Shown piece by piece: positions 31,805-45,653 of a DNA stretch of 64,000 nt. Each line of letters starts with the position of its first letter. The first letter of the stretch is position 1. Both the position numbers and the translations under genes were made by a program. The notes under the pieces were generated by a model. The model worked only from the letters and a program-made list of their open reading frames with translations. It was not told the origin of the DNA and did not search any database. Source of the stretch: Octopus vulgaris (Eukaryota); NCBI GenBank assembly GCA_951406725.2, contig OX597824.1, positions 91,450,001 through 91,514,000 on the forward strand, written 5' to 3'.

Positions 31805-32310
31805 AGAACAGAAGCAACAAACACAAAAATAAATAATGGACGTTGCCCTCTATAACACAACTCCGTTTTCGTCAAAAGAAAAATTACCCACCCGTATTGC
31901 TGGGAGCTTAGATCCAAATATTCTCTACTAAACTTCTGTGCAGCTTCAAACAGCGGTTACAATAACGATCACTTACTACAGCGGTCGGAGGATCGCGGTT
32001 TCGATTCCCAGACCGGGCGTTGTGTTTGTTTATTGAGCGAAAACACCTAAAGCTCCACGAGGCTCCGGCAGGGGGTGGTGGGGGTGGCGACTCCTATTGT
32101 ACTCTTTCGCCCAAACTTTCTCTCACTCTTTCTCCCTGTTTCTTGTCCCCGACTTCCTACGCAACCGCTGAGCCTGGATGCGCATTCATCCATCCGTCGA
32201 TGCTCTCGGTGAGTCGGGGGTTGACCTGCTTTGTCTTCTGCGGGTCTTACGAATAGCAAAGGACCACGTTTCGGACTTCTCCCACTAATGGGACGAAGAC
32301 CGCTTCACTC
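31805..32310 (+). mobile_element. Composite repeat containing a tRNA-like SINE head (family 4)
   Basis: Co-linear inverted copy at ~12490-13020; a separate SINE head lies at 31675-31803. Confidence 0.7.
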
Positions 32311-32334
32311 AACAGCAACAGCAACCATCATCAC

Positions 32335-32367
<33 letters not shown>

Positions 32368-32368
32368 T

Positions 32369-32468
<100 letters not shown>

Positions 32469-33307
32469 CATTGGGTCTCTGTTTCAATTTTAATGTTAAT
32501 AAGGAAAGGCTTCTCTTAATCTCTTATATTCTTCAAATGCATCACCAAATCTCTGGAGGGAAATGCATGAATATCACAGAATGCTGAATTGATCCACCAC
32601 CCCCATCACTGCTCCCACCGCCACACACACACACACCGCAATTTCCTTATAAATAAATCAGAGTTCTTTTAGTTATGTAACGTTTTTAATATCAATAATT
32701 ATAAGGAAATATATAAAATCAACAACAGGAACAGCAATAACAACAACAACAACAACAACAAGGACAACAACAGCAGCAACAACAACAACGGAATAAATCG
32801 TGATTAATTTCTTAGAGTTCTTTATGTGTTTGTGCTTTTAACTCTTCCCAAATGGAGTTTGTTAATTAAATTATTGAGTTTAGGAAAAAAAAAAAAAAAA
32901 AAAAAGAAACCAAGAAGAAAATAAAGAAAATAAAAGAAAAAATGAAGTTCCACAACTCTGATAATAAAGAATGAACCAAAGCGAGAAGCCGACGAAGAAA
33001 AACCAGCTCCTTTCCATCGCATGTTCTTAAATAGCTTTGTAACGTTAATTTGTGAAGAATGCAGCTTCTCAGGTATTCCGCTGCTATCGGCGGTGAAGCA
33101 CGATAGAAAAAGGGGTTAGTAAAAAAAAAAAAAAAAAGAATCAACGGTTGGTGGTAGTGGGAGGGTGGGGTTTGGTGAAGGAGGAAGAGAAAAAAGATGG
33201 GGGGAGAGAGAATGATGGAGGTGGAGGAGAATGTTGGAGGAATCGGAATGAGATAATGAGGGGGTATATACGGAATACATATATACATATATACATACAT
33301 GTACATA

Positions 33308-33357
<50 letters not shown>

Positions 33358-33403
33358 TGATATATATATATCTCTCTCTCTCTATATATATATATATATG
33401 CAT

Positions 33404-33435
<32 letters not shown>

Positions 33436-33456
33436 GTATATAAATATATATATTTA

Positions 33457-33487
<31 letters not shown>

Positions 33488-33548
33488 GATATTAATATAT
33501 ATACATATGTATATATATATGTGTGTATGTATATATATATTATATTTG

Positions 33549-33593
<45 letters not shown>

Positions 33594-33927
33594 CATATAT
33601 CCATATTATATATGTGAATCTATGTGTATATATGTGTATATATGCATATATATATACGTATATATATATATATGTATACCACATGTATGCATATACATGT
33701 GATATATATGAACGTACGCATATGTCTGAGAGAGAGAGGTGAGTCGAGAATAAGATAAGGAGATAGAGGGAGATTAGAGAAATAAATAGAAAGATAGATA
33801 GATAGAGAGAGAGAGAGAGAAAGAGAGAAAGAGAAAGAAAGAAAGAGAGAGAAGAATAAGGAAAAATGGAGATTGGAAGCAGGTAAAGAAAAGTGAATGA
33901 ATGAGAGAAGATATTGAGAAAAGAAAG

Positions 33928-33996
<69 letters not shown>

Positions 33997-34307
33997 GGAG
34001 AGAGAGTGAGGAAACCGCTGTAAATCCAAAAAGGTTAAAAGGAAAGCCATAAGCTTGATGACTGGAATGGAGGTGAATGAAGAAAAAAAAATGGACAAAG
34101 TAAAGGAGGAAAGAAAGAAGTAAAGATGGGAAGGTGAATGTTACGTAGTTGAGAAATAAGGAATGGAAGAAGGAATGACGAGAAGTAGAAGGATTTGTGA
34201 AGAATTGGTTGGGAAGGGTTAATGACGAAAGATCGGGGTGGGGTGGGGGTGGGGAGAAAGATTGGTTAGGATGGGTTTTGTGAAGAAAGTTCGGCGATGA
34301 AGGATTA

Positions 34308-34525
34308 CTCTTTTACTCTTTACTCTTTTACTTGTTTCAGTCATTTGACTGCGGCCATGCTGGAGCACAGCTTTTAGTCGAGCAAATCGACCCCGGGACT
34401 TATTCTTTTGTAAGCCCAGTACTTATTCTATCGGTCTCTTTTTGCCGAACCGCTAAGTGACGGGGACGTAAACACACCAGCATCGGTTATCAAGCAATGC
34501 TAGGGAGACAAACACAGACACACAA

Positions 34526-34558
<33 letters not shown>

Positions 34559-34722
34559 CGACGGGCTTCTTTCAGTTTCCGTCTACCAAATCCACTCACA
34601 AGGCATTGGTCGGCCCGGGGCTATAGCAGAAGACACTTGCTCAAGATGCCACGCAGTGAGACTGAACCCGGAACCATGTGGTTGGTTAGCAAGCTACTTA
34701 CCACACAGCCACTCCTGCGCCT
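34308..34722 (-). mobile_element. SINE family 1, full length
   Basis: Reverse complement of 606-918 plus a (gagtaaaa)-type tail. Confidence 0.85.
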
Positions 34723-34844
34723 ATTGGCGAAGAAAGATTAAGACAAAATTAAAAGCCAGATATAATGAACGAAAGAGGAGAATGAAAGTAATGGAGAATA
34801 GGAAATATATCGAAAGAATGAAAGGAACAAAATAAAACATATTA

Positions 34845-35125
34845 TTTTCTACTCTAGGCACAAGGCCCGAAATTTTGGGAGAGAAGGCCAGTCGATTAGA
34901 TCGACCCCAGTACGCAACTGGTAGTTAATTTATCGACCCCCACCCAAAAGGATGAAAGGCAAAGTCAACCTCAGCGGAATTTGAACTCAGAACGTAAAGA
35001 TGGACGAAATACCTATTTCTTTACTACCCACAAGGGGCTAAACACAGAAAGGACAAACAAGGACAGACAAACGGATTAAGTCGATTATATCGACCTAAGT
35101 GCGTAACTGGTACTTATTTAATCGA
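34845..35125 (-). mobile_element. SINE family 2
   Basis: aaaggatgaaaggcaaagtcaacctcagcggaatttgaactcagaacg. Other partial copies at ~1750-1940, 12140-12290, 30838-31035 and 37330-37520. Confidence 0.75.
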
Positions 35126-35444
35126 CTCCTCATTACTCCTTGCAACAAATTTACTGCGTGGCAACACTTCCCTTCCATCTTAGCTGAAGAGAAAAGTATC
35201 TATCTTCTAGGAATTTCATTTAAAATTGGATTTTGAGCTATACGTGTTGTATAAGACTATTCCTTTTTTTTCATGGAAAATTGCTCAAGCACTGAAGGCG
35301 CAAGGTTCATAGCTAAATAGATTGGGTGAGTTGCAGCTTCATATACGCGGGAACAAAATTTGCTTTGTAGGTGCAAACGCCAGTTTTTCATGATATTCAG
35401 AGCGTTTGTATGTGTGTGTGTGTGTTCATGTGTACGTCCCGCGC

Positions 35445-35793
35445 AGAAGCCTTTACTACTATTAGAAGAAGGAGCACTCCGTCGGTTACGACGACGAGGG
35501 TCCCAGCTGATCCGATCAACGGCACAGCTTGCTCATGAAATTAACATGCAAGTGGCTGAGCACTCCACAGACACGTGTACCCTTAACGTAGTTCTCGGGA
35601 AGATTCAGCGTGACACAGAGTGTGACAAGGCTGGCCATCTGGTATACAGATACTATTCATTTTTGCCAGCTGAGTGGAGTGGGGCAACGAGAAATAAAGT
35701 GTCTTGCTCAAGGACACAACGCGTCGCTGGGAATCGAACTCACAACCTTACGATCATGAGCCGAATGCCCTAACCACTAAGCCACGCGCCTTC
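35445..35793 (-). mobile_element. tRNA-derived SINE, family 3
   Basis: Head gaaggcgcgtggcttagtggttaggg...gagttcgattccc...ccttgagcaagacacttta. Copies at 8172-8460 (+) and 52984-53217 (+). Confidence 0.75.
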
Positions 35794-35848
35794 ACTGTAC
35801 CACCACCACCACCACCACCACCACCACCACTACTACTACTACTACAAA

Positions 35849-35882
<34 letters not shown>

Positions 35883-36409
35883 GATTTTCAGCTAACTCCT
35901 GTCTTACGATAGAGAATACAAAGTGAACTTTTGAGCCTCGTGCAGTTTTGTATCTTATCTTCATTCATAATTGCATTTTATTTTCCCTGGCTGTTCGCCA
36001 ACTCCATTGTCAAGATCGCCTCACCGTCTTCCTTTATTAGGGAGTTTTCCTTTATCTCACAACCACTCTTGCACCTATCTTGTACACATGATTTTTGTAT
36101 TTTTCTGCCCTATCACCACTTTTGCCGGTGTCCTGAAGGAGCCCTTTTTGCTTATTGATAAAAAATAGGTTTTGAACTCAGAAGAACATTCAGCGCCGGA
36201 ACACATTTTACAGTGTTCTGTTTGGCACGCTGGCAATTCCTTACTAGTCCGGGATTATATTTACCGATTCCGGTGGCATTAAAATGGATTCGAACTCAGA
36301 ACGAAAAAAGACGTAAAAAGCATCACAAGGTATTCTAAACAAATGTGAAAGAGCGTAGCTTAGTGGTTAAGGTGTTGCAGTCACGATTAGAAAATCGTGG
36401 TTTCGATAT

Positions 36410-36647
36410 CGATAGTAATTGGTGCATTTAGAAGTATCAGTACTCAACTACCAACATGACTGAAAAAAATTGGTGCAACAGTGAAGGTAGAACACCTCCA
36501 AAAATCAGCATTGCTTGGAACTGCAAGAATTCTTCGCAGGATTCTTGAAGCCTGACCAGTAAACAAGTGTCACCTTAGTCTGCTGGCTGCGGACAGCTGA
36601 CACTTTCCATCATACCCAGCAAAATAAGCTGTGAGTTCTCATCACAT
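36410..36647 (+). mobile_element. R4/Dong-clade LINE 3' end
   Basis: IVIGA...LQKSALLGTARILRRILEA*, then a 3' UTR ending in (TAA)n. Confidence 0.65.
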
Positions 36648-36675
36648 AATAATAATAATAATAACAATAATAATG

Positions 36676-36711
<36 letters not shown>

Positions 36712-37258
36712 TGCAGTACCAGGCAGTGGCTCTCATGGCTTCTGATCTTCACTGATTGGAAGTGTTATCATGTACATTGTTTTGTCTTGGTATAAAAGAT
36801 GGGATACAGCAAATATTCTGCTCAATACCACAGATTTGCTTGTCAGTTGTCTGACCTTAACCAGTTGAGCATGTCCCTTAGTGGCTGACGATATGTGCAT
36901 CTCTGATCACGAGCAGAAGTAGTGGGGGAGCATCATAGCCATGTGTTGAGAGGGATTCTTTGGGGTTTGAATAGTTCACCTCTGGAAACATAGGTGGTTC
37001 TTTCAACATCCTTAAACAACCCTTATTCAGGGACCGTTTGAGCGGGATGGGCTACTCAACCTGAAGAAAATTCTAACTGGGCCCCACCTGCAAGGTCATG
37101 TGCTGTTTATCTTGATATGAGATCACCATGTCGCGCACATATGGTTGTGATGCATGTGCCTGGTGTACCTTTATCAGATGGGTAGTCATGATGGGTATAT
37201 TGGGCTTCGTATATTTTACCCCAGTGTCACTTTGATGGCATGAACTGCTCTCTCACTC
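36712..37258 (-). mobile_element. ~550-bp repeat always bounded by (TAA)n
   Basis: Near-identical to 15000-15446 (-) and 30426-30748 (+, internal deletion). All copies are flanked by TAA/TTA tracts. Confidence 0.75.
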
Positions 37259-37777
37259 AATAATAATAATAATAATAATAATGGTGATGATAATGATGGT
37301 GATGCTATTTTGTTGCATAGGCATCAGCTTCCATATTTTGGCGGGAAAGCTTAGTAATCGATTATATCGTCCTCTGTACTTGTTTGATATTTTATTTTAT
37401 CGAACCCCGAAAGGAAAAACGGGCAACGTTGATCTTATCGGTATTTGAACTCAAAACTTTAATGGAAGAATTGGTAAATATCACACGGACATTTTGTGCG
37501 ACGCGCTAACGATTCTGTCAATTCTTCAATAACTATAAATGAATAAAAAAAAATACAAGGAAAGAAATAAGAAAAAAATACAAATAGATTAGAATATGAA
37601 GTGAATAGAATGAGAGAATGAAGGAGAAATGGAAGAGGGAATGAAGAATGAATCTGAGAAGGAATAAAAAAATGAAGAAGGTAAAACGAATAAAATCAAA
37701 GATGGAAGATTGAAAGAAAAAACAAAGAAAATGAAAGAAAAAGATATAAAAGGTAAATGGAATAAAACACGTAGAAG

Positions 37778-37810
<33 letters not shown>

Positions 37811-38343
37811 AACAGATATATGTATACATCAAATATAATAAAAGAAATATACGTACATACACACACAGACAGACATAGACACACACGCACACGTATACAC
37901 ACATATACACATATACACACATACACATACATAGACATGCATACACACACATACACATACATACATATACACACACATACACACACATACACACATATAC
38001 ACACATACAGAGACATACACATACACATATACACATACACACATATACACATACACACGCATACACATGCATACACACACATACACACATATACATATAC
38101 ACAGACATATACACACATACACACACATATAAACATACACACATATACACACATATATACACATACACAGACATACACAAGCACATGCACACATACACAC
38201 AAAAACACAGACATACACAGGCAAACCCACACATATACACACATACACACACATACACACACACATATATATATACACACATATATACACACACACACAA
38301 GCATTTACTAAAACACACAGACAGACACGCACGTGTAAAGCAC

Positions 38344-38359
38344 ATGATGATGATGATGG

Positions 38360-38395
<36 letters not shown>

Positions 38396-38467
38396 CGGTG
38401 ATGGTGGTGGTGGTGGTGGTGATGATGATGATGATGATGATGGTGATGATGATGGTGATGGTGATGG

Positions 38468-38521
<54 letters not shown>

Positions 38522-38545
38522 CGGTGATGGTGGTGGTGGTGGTGG

Positions 38546-38587
<42 letters not shown>

Positions 38588-38650
38588 CGGTGATGGTGGT
38601 GGTGGTGGTGATGATGATGATGATGATGATGGTGATGATGATGGTGATGG

Positions 38651-38709
<59 letters not shown>

Positions 38710-38716
38710 GTGATGG

Positions 38717-38758
<42 letters not shown>

Positions 38759-38800
38759 CGGTGATGGTGGTGGTGGTGGTGGTGGTGATGATGATGATGG

Positions 38801-38854
<54 letters not shown>

Positions 38855-39164
38855 CGGTGATGAGGACAGTGCTGCTGCTGATGGTGATGATTATGGTAAT
38901 GGCGATGATGACAACGACAACGATAATGAGATGATGATTACGGACGATGATGATGGTGGTGGTGACGATAACTGATGATGACGATGACGATGAGGATGAT
39001 GATGATGATGATAATGATGATGATGATGACATCGACGACGATGATAATGATGATGATGAGGAGGATGAGGATGACGATGATGAGGATGACGACGACGACG
39101 ACGATGATTGCGATAATGGTGACAATGGCGATGAAGTTCAATATGATGATATTGATGATGGTAA

Positions 39165-39204
<40 letters not shown>

Positions 39205-39272
39205 CGATGAAGAGGATGATGATGATAATGATGATGCTTATGATGATGATAATGATTATGATGATGATGATA

Positions 39273-39304
<32 letters not shown>

Positions 39305-39375
39305 GGTTGGTGGTGGTGCTGATGGTGATGGTGATCGTTGAGGTGTTGTTGATGATAACGACGACGATGATGACG
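38344..39375. repeat. (GAT/GGT)n compound trinucleotide repeat
   Basis: Direct reading. Confidence 0.95.
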
Positions 39376-39389
39376 ACACTGCAAAAAAT

Positions 39390-39435
<46 letters not shown>

Positions 39436-39884
39436 GAGGACAGCAAATGCAAATAAAAAGAAAAGTCATGTGGCAAAGAAAGAGGTGTGGGAGGGGGGAG
39501 AAAAAAGGGTGGTTTAATGGGTGGTGAGGTGAGACAACGTGTATAGTGGGAAGTGGGGTGGGTGGATGGGGGTGAAAGGGGAGAAAGAATTAAAATGAGA
39601 AGAGGTAAAAACACTGAAGAAATTAAACTGTCAAAATGGATTTGGTGTAATTGAAATCAATTTTATGAACGATCGCGTGTTTTTTTGTCATTTTATTTTC
39701 ATTTCAAAGAAAGACATCGAGCAGTTTCATTTTTTAAAACGTAGCCTATACATTGATGGTTAAAAGTCTTAGCTCTCACCGCTTCAACCCATGTGTGACC
39801 CGAGGTTAATGGATAGTCTGTCGGGTAGTTTTTTTTGGTTGTGGCTGAATGCTTATTCGTAATTGATGGATAATACTTTTTATC

Positions 39885-40730
39885 GGTGGATCAGCACCTT
39901 AAAAGTGTTTAAAACATTGGCTCAGGGTCTGGTTATTCACAGATATATCTGCTGAGCAGCACTTTTGGTGCGTTTTAAAACAGTGGATCAAGGCTGATGT
40001 TTATTCGGTTTTTCTTTTTTCTTCAGTGTCAGCTCCTACTCATGGTTTTAGTTGTAGATCAGCGCTATATAGATCAGTATATAAACCTGTGGATCAAAGC
40101 TATTATTTAGTCAAAGTTTCATCTCTAGATCAACGTTTCTGCTGTGCATTAAAGCTAATATTATTTAAGTTTTTTGCATACCGTAGATCAGCACTTTTGG
40201 AGTGTTTAAATCTGTGGATCAAGACAAATATTTATTCAAACTGTCATATGCAGATCAACACTTTTACTGTGTATAAACCTACGGATCAAGGCTAATATTT
40301 ATTCGAAGCTTTAACTGTAGATCAGCGCTTTTGATGTGTTCAATTCAGTGGATCAGATCTGTTACTTACTCTTAGTTTTATCTATGGATCAGTGATTCTT
40401 GTATATTTGAGCCAGTGGATCAAAAGTATCGGTTATTATTGGTTATTCATTGGTATATCTAGTAGATCAGTGCGGTGTAAAACTAATTGCTCTTGTCTGA
40501 TAATTATTGAAAGCTTTTCTGTGAATCATTGCCTTAGGTGAATTTGAATCGGTAGCTCAATGTTGGTGTTTATTCTTCATTTTATCTATGGATCAATTTT
40601 GTTTGTTTTTGATTCAGTGAATCAAGACTAATGTCTATTCATAGTTGTATCTGTGGATCAGTGCCTTTCGTGCGTTTGAATCAGTGGATCACTCTCAGTG
40701 CTTATTCACAGTTTAATCCGTGGATCATTG
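39885..40730. repeat. Degenerate 67-bp tandem repeat with two GATCA motifs per unit
   Basis: GATCA at 40186, 40217, 40253, 40284, 40320, 40351, 40387 and 40418: alternating 31/36-bp spacing. Confidence 0.85.
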
Positions 40731-41089
40731 CCATCGAATATTTTTAATCAATTGAACCCGAAACGAGTTTCTTACCATACCGCCATGCCTGTCTACATGC
40801 AAACTGTAGCAGGAGCAGGAACAACAGCAGCAGCCGTTCAAGAATTTGGACCTGGAGATCTCCATTTCCAGCGACTTCGCGGGCCACCTCCCAGTGGTGT
40901 CGGGCGTCAACAAAGAGCCCTCGACTACAACAAGACGACCAAAGTTTTTTTTCCAAGGTCTGGGGTCTCCTGCCCCTAAGCCCTAGACCATCACCTAATT
41001 ACCCTTACCCGTCTTGCTGCTTAACAACAACAACAACAACAGCAGCAACAGTAGCAGCAGAAATAGCAACAATAAAAGATGAATAGCTT

Positions 41090-41277
41090 TTACATCTTCC
41101 AATCATTAGACTGCAGCCATTTTGGGGCACGTCCCTGAAGAATTTTGAGTCGAACGAATCGAACCAGTACTTACCTTTAAGGTCAGGTACCTATCCTGTC
41201 GATCCCTTTTGCCGAACTGCTAATTCACAGGGAAATAAACACACCAACACTGATTGTCAAACGATAGTTGGAGACAG

Positions 41278-41320
<43 letters not shown>

Positions 41321-41480
41321 GACATACGATGGGGTTCTTTCAGTTTTCGTCTACCAAATCCGCTCTCAAGGCTTTGGTCGGACTGAGGCAAGAAGACCCT
41401 TACCCAAAATTCCCCGTAGCGGGACTGAGCCAGGAACCATGTGGTTGGGAAGCAAGCTTCTTACCACTCAGCCATATCTG
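41090..41480 (-). mobile_element. SINE family 1, diverged
   Basis: Co-linear with 34308-34722. Further partial copies at ~2500-2606, 17423-17580, 24515-24718, 25470-25670 and 63880-64000. Confidence 0.7.
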
Positions 41481-41896
41481 CGGCTATGGACAAGACTCTC
41501 AACTCAAATAAGGACACACGATAGAATGGACAATGGAGAATGTAGTCCAAGATGGGCCAAAATACGTGAGAATCCTCGCTGTAGTAATGTCTGTGCTCTT
41601 AGGTTTGTTTAATCAGGACTGGTCATGGGTGGATGGGGAAACAACTACAACAATAAAAACGACAAGACAACAACAACAGCAATAGATTCTATAATAACAA
41701 TAACAACAATCCTTTCTATAGGCACAAGATATTGGACAGTAGGGAGCTATATTAAAAGATAATTGCACAAGGTGCCGCGAGAAGGAATTGAACGCATGCA
41801 CCCGAAAAAAATATTTGTTAATAATGGCATCTGACTGGTAAAAGGGCGGGTGTTAATGGATGCCCTAGACCCCGGTACTTATCTGCTAGATATATA

Positions 41897-42267
41897 TATT
41901 TGCCAACATAACATGGCAGTCCTGGTTTAGGACTAATGTTGCTGTAATTTAGCCCAGGAGGCATCGTCTCCAGCTGGCTATACGAGATGATCTGTGTCCT
42001 TATATTTTCGAACAAGGGAATCTAGCACCCCCAACTCAGCTCAAAAGAATATATGTGTATCGCGATTTCCTGATGAAGGGAAATAACCCGGAAATCGCGG
42101 TACACAGATATTGTTTTGAGCTAGCTGAGTGGGGGTGCTAGATTCCCTTGTTCCAAAATGTAAGGACACTGACCGTCTCGTATAGCCTGCTGGAGACGAT
42201 GTCGCATGGGGCTAAATTACAGCAACATTCGTCCTAAACCAGGACCGCCATGTTATGTTGGCAAATA
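41897..42267. repeat. Diverged inverted repeat, ~175-bp arms, hammerhead core in the loop
   Basis: tatttgccaacataacatggc...cgcgatttcc / ggaaatcgcgg...gccatgttatgttggcaaata. Centre reads CTGATGA aggg aaataa ccc g GAAA tcgcgg TA. Confidence 0.9.
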
Positions 42268-42534
42268 ACCTTTACTGCAAGCAATGACAACATTAACGAA
42301 AACAATTACAACGATGATGATGATGATGATGATGGTGGTGATGATGAGGACAACGACAACGACAACATCTACAACAATAACCACAACAACAACAATAACA
42401 ACTACAAGAATAACAAAAATTAGAAAAAAATAGAAGTAAAAAAAAAAGACTCGTCAGTTAAAAAGCAATCAAATGGTTCTGACTTCAGAAAGGAATTTTG
42501 GAGAGCGAGACTGTCTCTCACTCTTCGACAATGA

Positions 42535-42550
42535 CGTCGTCATCAACAAT

Positions 42551-42600
<50 letters not shown>

Positions 42601-42693
42601 CGTCGTCATCGTCGTCGTCGTCGTCATCATCTTTATCGTCGTCGTCGCCACCACCGTCATCACCATCATCATCATCATCATCATCATCATCGA

Positions 42694-42751
<58 letters not shown>

Positions 42752-42753
42752 GA

Positions 42754-42805
<52 letters not shown>

Positions 42806-42848
42806 GCCATCGTCATCATCATCATCATCATCATCATCATCGGCATCG

Positions 42849-42886
<38 letters not shown>

Positions 42887-42971
42887 GTCATCGCCATCGT
42901 CATCATCATCGTCATCATCATCATCATCGCCATCGTCATCATCATCATCATCATCATCATCATCGCCATCG

Positions 42972-43003
<32 letters not shown>

Positions 43004-43005
43004 GA

Positions 43006-43054
<49 letters not shown>

Positions 43055-43061
43055 GTCATCG

Positions 43062-43129
<68 letters not shown>

Positions 43130-43136
43130 GCCATCG

Positions 43137-43168
<32 letters not shown>

Positions 43169-43175
43169 GTCGTCG

Positions 43176-43216
<41 letters not shown>
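42535..43216. repeat. (CAT)n microsatellite with CGT/CGC variants
   Basis: Direct reading. Confidence 0.96.
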
Positions 43217-43369
43217 TCCAACAACCAGTCACTGAACCATTTTAAAGAATAGCAGAATGAATGTTTTTCTAACCATGACCAGAATGTCGCAGCATAAATA
43301 ACAAAAAAAAAAAATGTTAATTTTTGTTTTTGCTTTTGCTAAAGAAACAATGAAGAAAGTATTTGAATG

Positions 43370-44477
43370 AGGAGAAGGAGGAGGAGGAGGAGGGGAAATG
43401 GAAAAAATGATGAGGATAAAAGCTGAAGGAGTAATAAAGAAAAAAAGAAATGAGAAAAGATGAAGAAGAATTTGGTGGTGAAGATGGAGGCGAATAAGAT
43501 GATTATGAAAAAAGATGAAGATGTTGAAGTGCCATGAAGGAAATGAAAAAAACTGAAGAGAAGAAAAAGAAAGGGAAAAGATGGAGAAGAAGAAGTAGAG
43601 GAGGGATGAAGAATAGAAGAGGGCGGATAAGTAAGGAGAGAAGAACGAAGAAGGCGGAGGAAAAGAAGAAGGAGAAGAGGGGAGAAGGAGAAGAGGAAGA
43701 GAGGGAAGAGGAGAAGAAGAACGAGATGAAGAACGAGAAGAACGAGAAGAAGAAAAAGAAGAACGAAGAAGATAAAGAAGAAAAAGAAGAAAAGGAAGAA
43801 AAACTGAAGACAAAGAAGAAAAAGAGAAAAGATGGAGAAGAAGAAGAAGAAGGAGGGATGAAAAATAGAAGAAGGCGGGTAAGTAAGGAGAGAAGAACGA
43901 AGAAGGCGGAGGAAAAGAAGGAGAAGAGGGGAAAAGGAGAAGAGGGGAAAAGGAGAAGAGGGGAAAAGGAGAAGAGGGGAAAGGAGAAGAGGAAGAGAGG
44001 GAGGAGGAGATGAAGATGGAGAAGAACGAGAAGAAGAAAAAGAAGAACGAAGAAGATAAAGAAGAAAAAGAAGAGAAGGAAGAAGAAAGAAAAAGAAAAG
44101 AAAGTAGAAGAAAAAAGAACGAAGTAAGGAAAGGACGAAGAAGGCGGAGGAAAAGAAGAAGGAAAAAAGGGAAAAAGGAGAAGAGGAAGAGGAGAAGAAA
44201 AGAAAGAGAGAAGAAGAAAAAGAAGATAAGGAAGAAGATAAGGAAGAAGAAGAAAAAGAAGGAGAAAAGGAAAAGAAGAAGAAAAAATGAAGAATAAAAG
44301 AATGAAGAAGTAAGGAGGGAAGAAGGACGAAGAAGGCGGAAGAAAAAAAGAAGGAAAAGAAGAAGGGAGAAGGAGAAGAGGAGGAGAGGGAGGAGAAGAA
44401 AAAGAAGAAGAAAAGGAAGAAGAAGAAGAAGAAGAAGAAGAAGAAAAAGAAGAAGAAGAAGAAGAAGAAGAAGAAAA
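43370..44477. repeat. Polypurine (GAA/GGA-rich) low-complexity tract with an internal ~250-bp duplication
   Basis: Almost only A/G on +. The block taagtaaggagagaagaacgaagaaggcggaggaaaagaag recurs at ~43628 and ~43880. Confidence 0.9.
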
Positions 44478-44679
44478 CTTGAAAACAAAGAAAAATTTAG
44501 AATATGCAGCTCATGAATAGAAAAAGGAAAGAAAGAGAGCAAACGTGAACATCGAAGGAGATGACCCATGCCTCCCCACCACAAATGGAAAATACTATTT
44601 TGTTTGTTTTCTGGTGAAAACTCCGAAAACACAAGGATATGTAATGCATAAAAGGTCAAAATGGAAATAATTTTGAAGA

Positions 44680-44756
<77 letters not shown>

Positions 44757-45034
44757 ACACATACATATGCTACTGACTCTTCACACGCAAACACACCATC
44801 ACTCTCTCATCTACACACGCACAAGACTATACGTTCTTCTGCTTCTTATTATTCTTATCCTATTTCTTATCTCCCTTGGTTTTACACTCTTCAGTCTCAA
44901 GAGATTTCATTTTCCTTTCTCATGTGGTCCGAACCTATTCTTCCACGTTATGCCAACAAAATACTGAGGCAGTGCGTTTGAGAGCGTATAAATATATATA
45001 TATGTACACACACACACATACACACACACACACA

Positions 45035-45105
<71 letters not shown>

Positions 45106-45244
45106 ACACACATGTGCGCATGCTAACCCACCTCTCTTCGGTACACTTTTAGCCCATTTTTGGCCCTAGCCCACTACCCTTGATCTTTCTTCCAGCTACG
45201 TATTTTTTTAAAATTCGTTTCTCTTCCGGGAATAAACGCCTACA

Positions 45245-45653
45245 GATCTTTTCGGTTTGAACGGCAGTTTTTTCTAGCGGTGTCATATGAAATTGTCACC
45301 CATAATTATGACCCTAGTATCGATCTATTGCATTTCAATCTGTTTTAGGGTTAGGGTTAGGGGTAAGGGTAGGGGGAAGGGTATATTTTTTTTCTTCACA
45401 AATGTAAATAAACCAAATCTGTTTCTTAAACGAGGGACATATTCATACGGCACAGAATGTTTTTTTAACTCAAAAGACGTCAGTAATTGGTTGAAATTGC
45501 AGAAATTGAAGAAAAAAAATATCTTACAAACTATAGAATTTTCTCAATAAAGCCAAGAGTAAAAGATGTTTTATAAACACATTCTACCAGTATACGGAGA
45601 AATTGGTTACCAAGAAATTATGTTAAAAACTGCCGTTCAAACCGAAAAGATCC
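45245..45653. mobile_element. MITE with 28-bp TIRs and an 8-9-bp TSD
   Basis: gatcttttcggtttgaacggcagttttt / aaaaactgccgttcaaaccgaaaagatc, flanked by acgcctaca at 45236-45244 and 45654-45662. Confidence 0.85.

Noticed and set aside
32880-33020. Minus-strand hydrophobic peptide (MERSWFFFVGFSLWFILYY...) as a signal-peptide exon
   Set aside because: No splice donor or downstream exon found; it runs into poly-T.
39885-40730. CRISPR-like repeat-spacer array
   Set aside because: Eukaryotic context, no cas genes, the conserved part is only ~7 bp, and the intervening segments are homologous to each other.
43229-44794. 521-aa and Lys/Glu-rich ORFs
   Set aside because: A polypurine low-complexity tract; the open frames follow from base composition.
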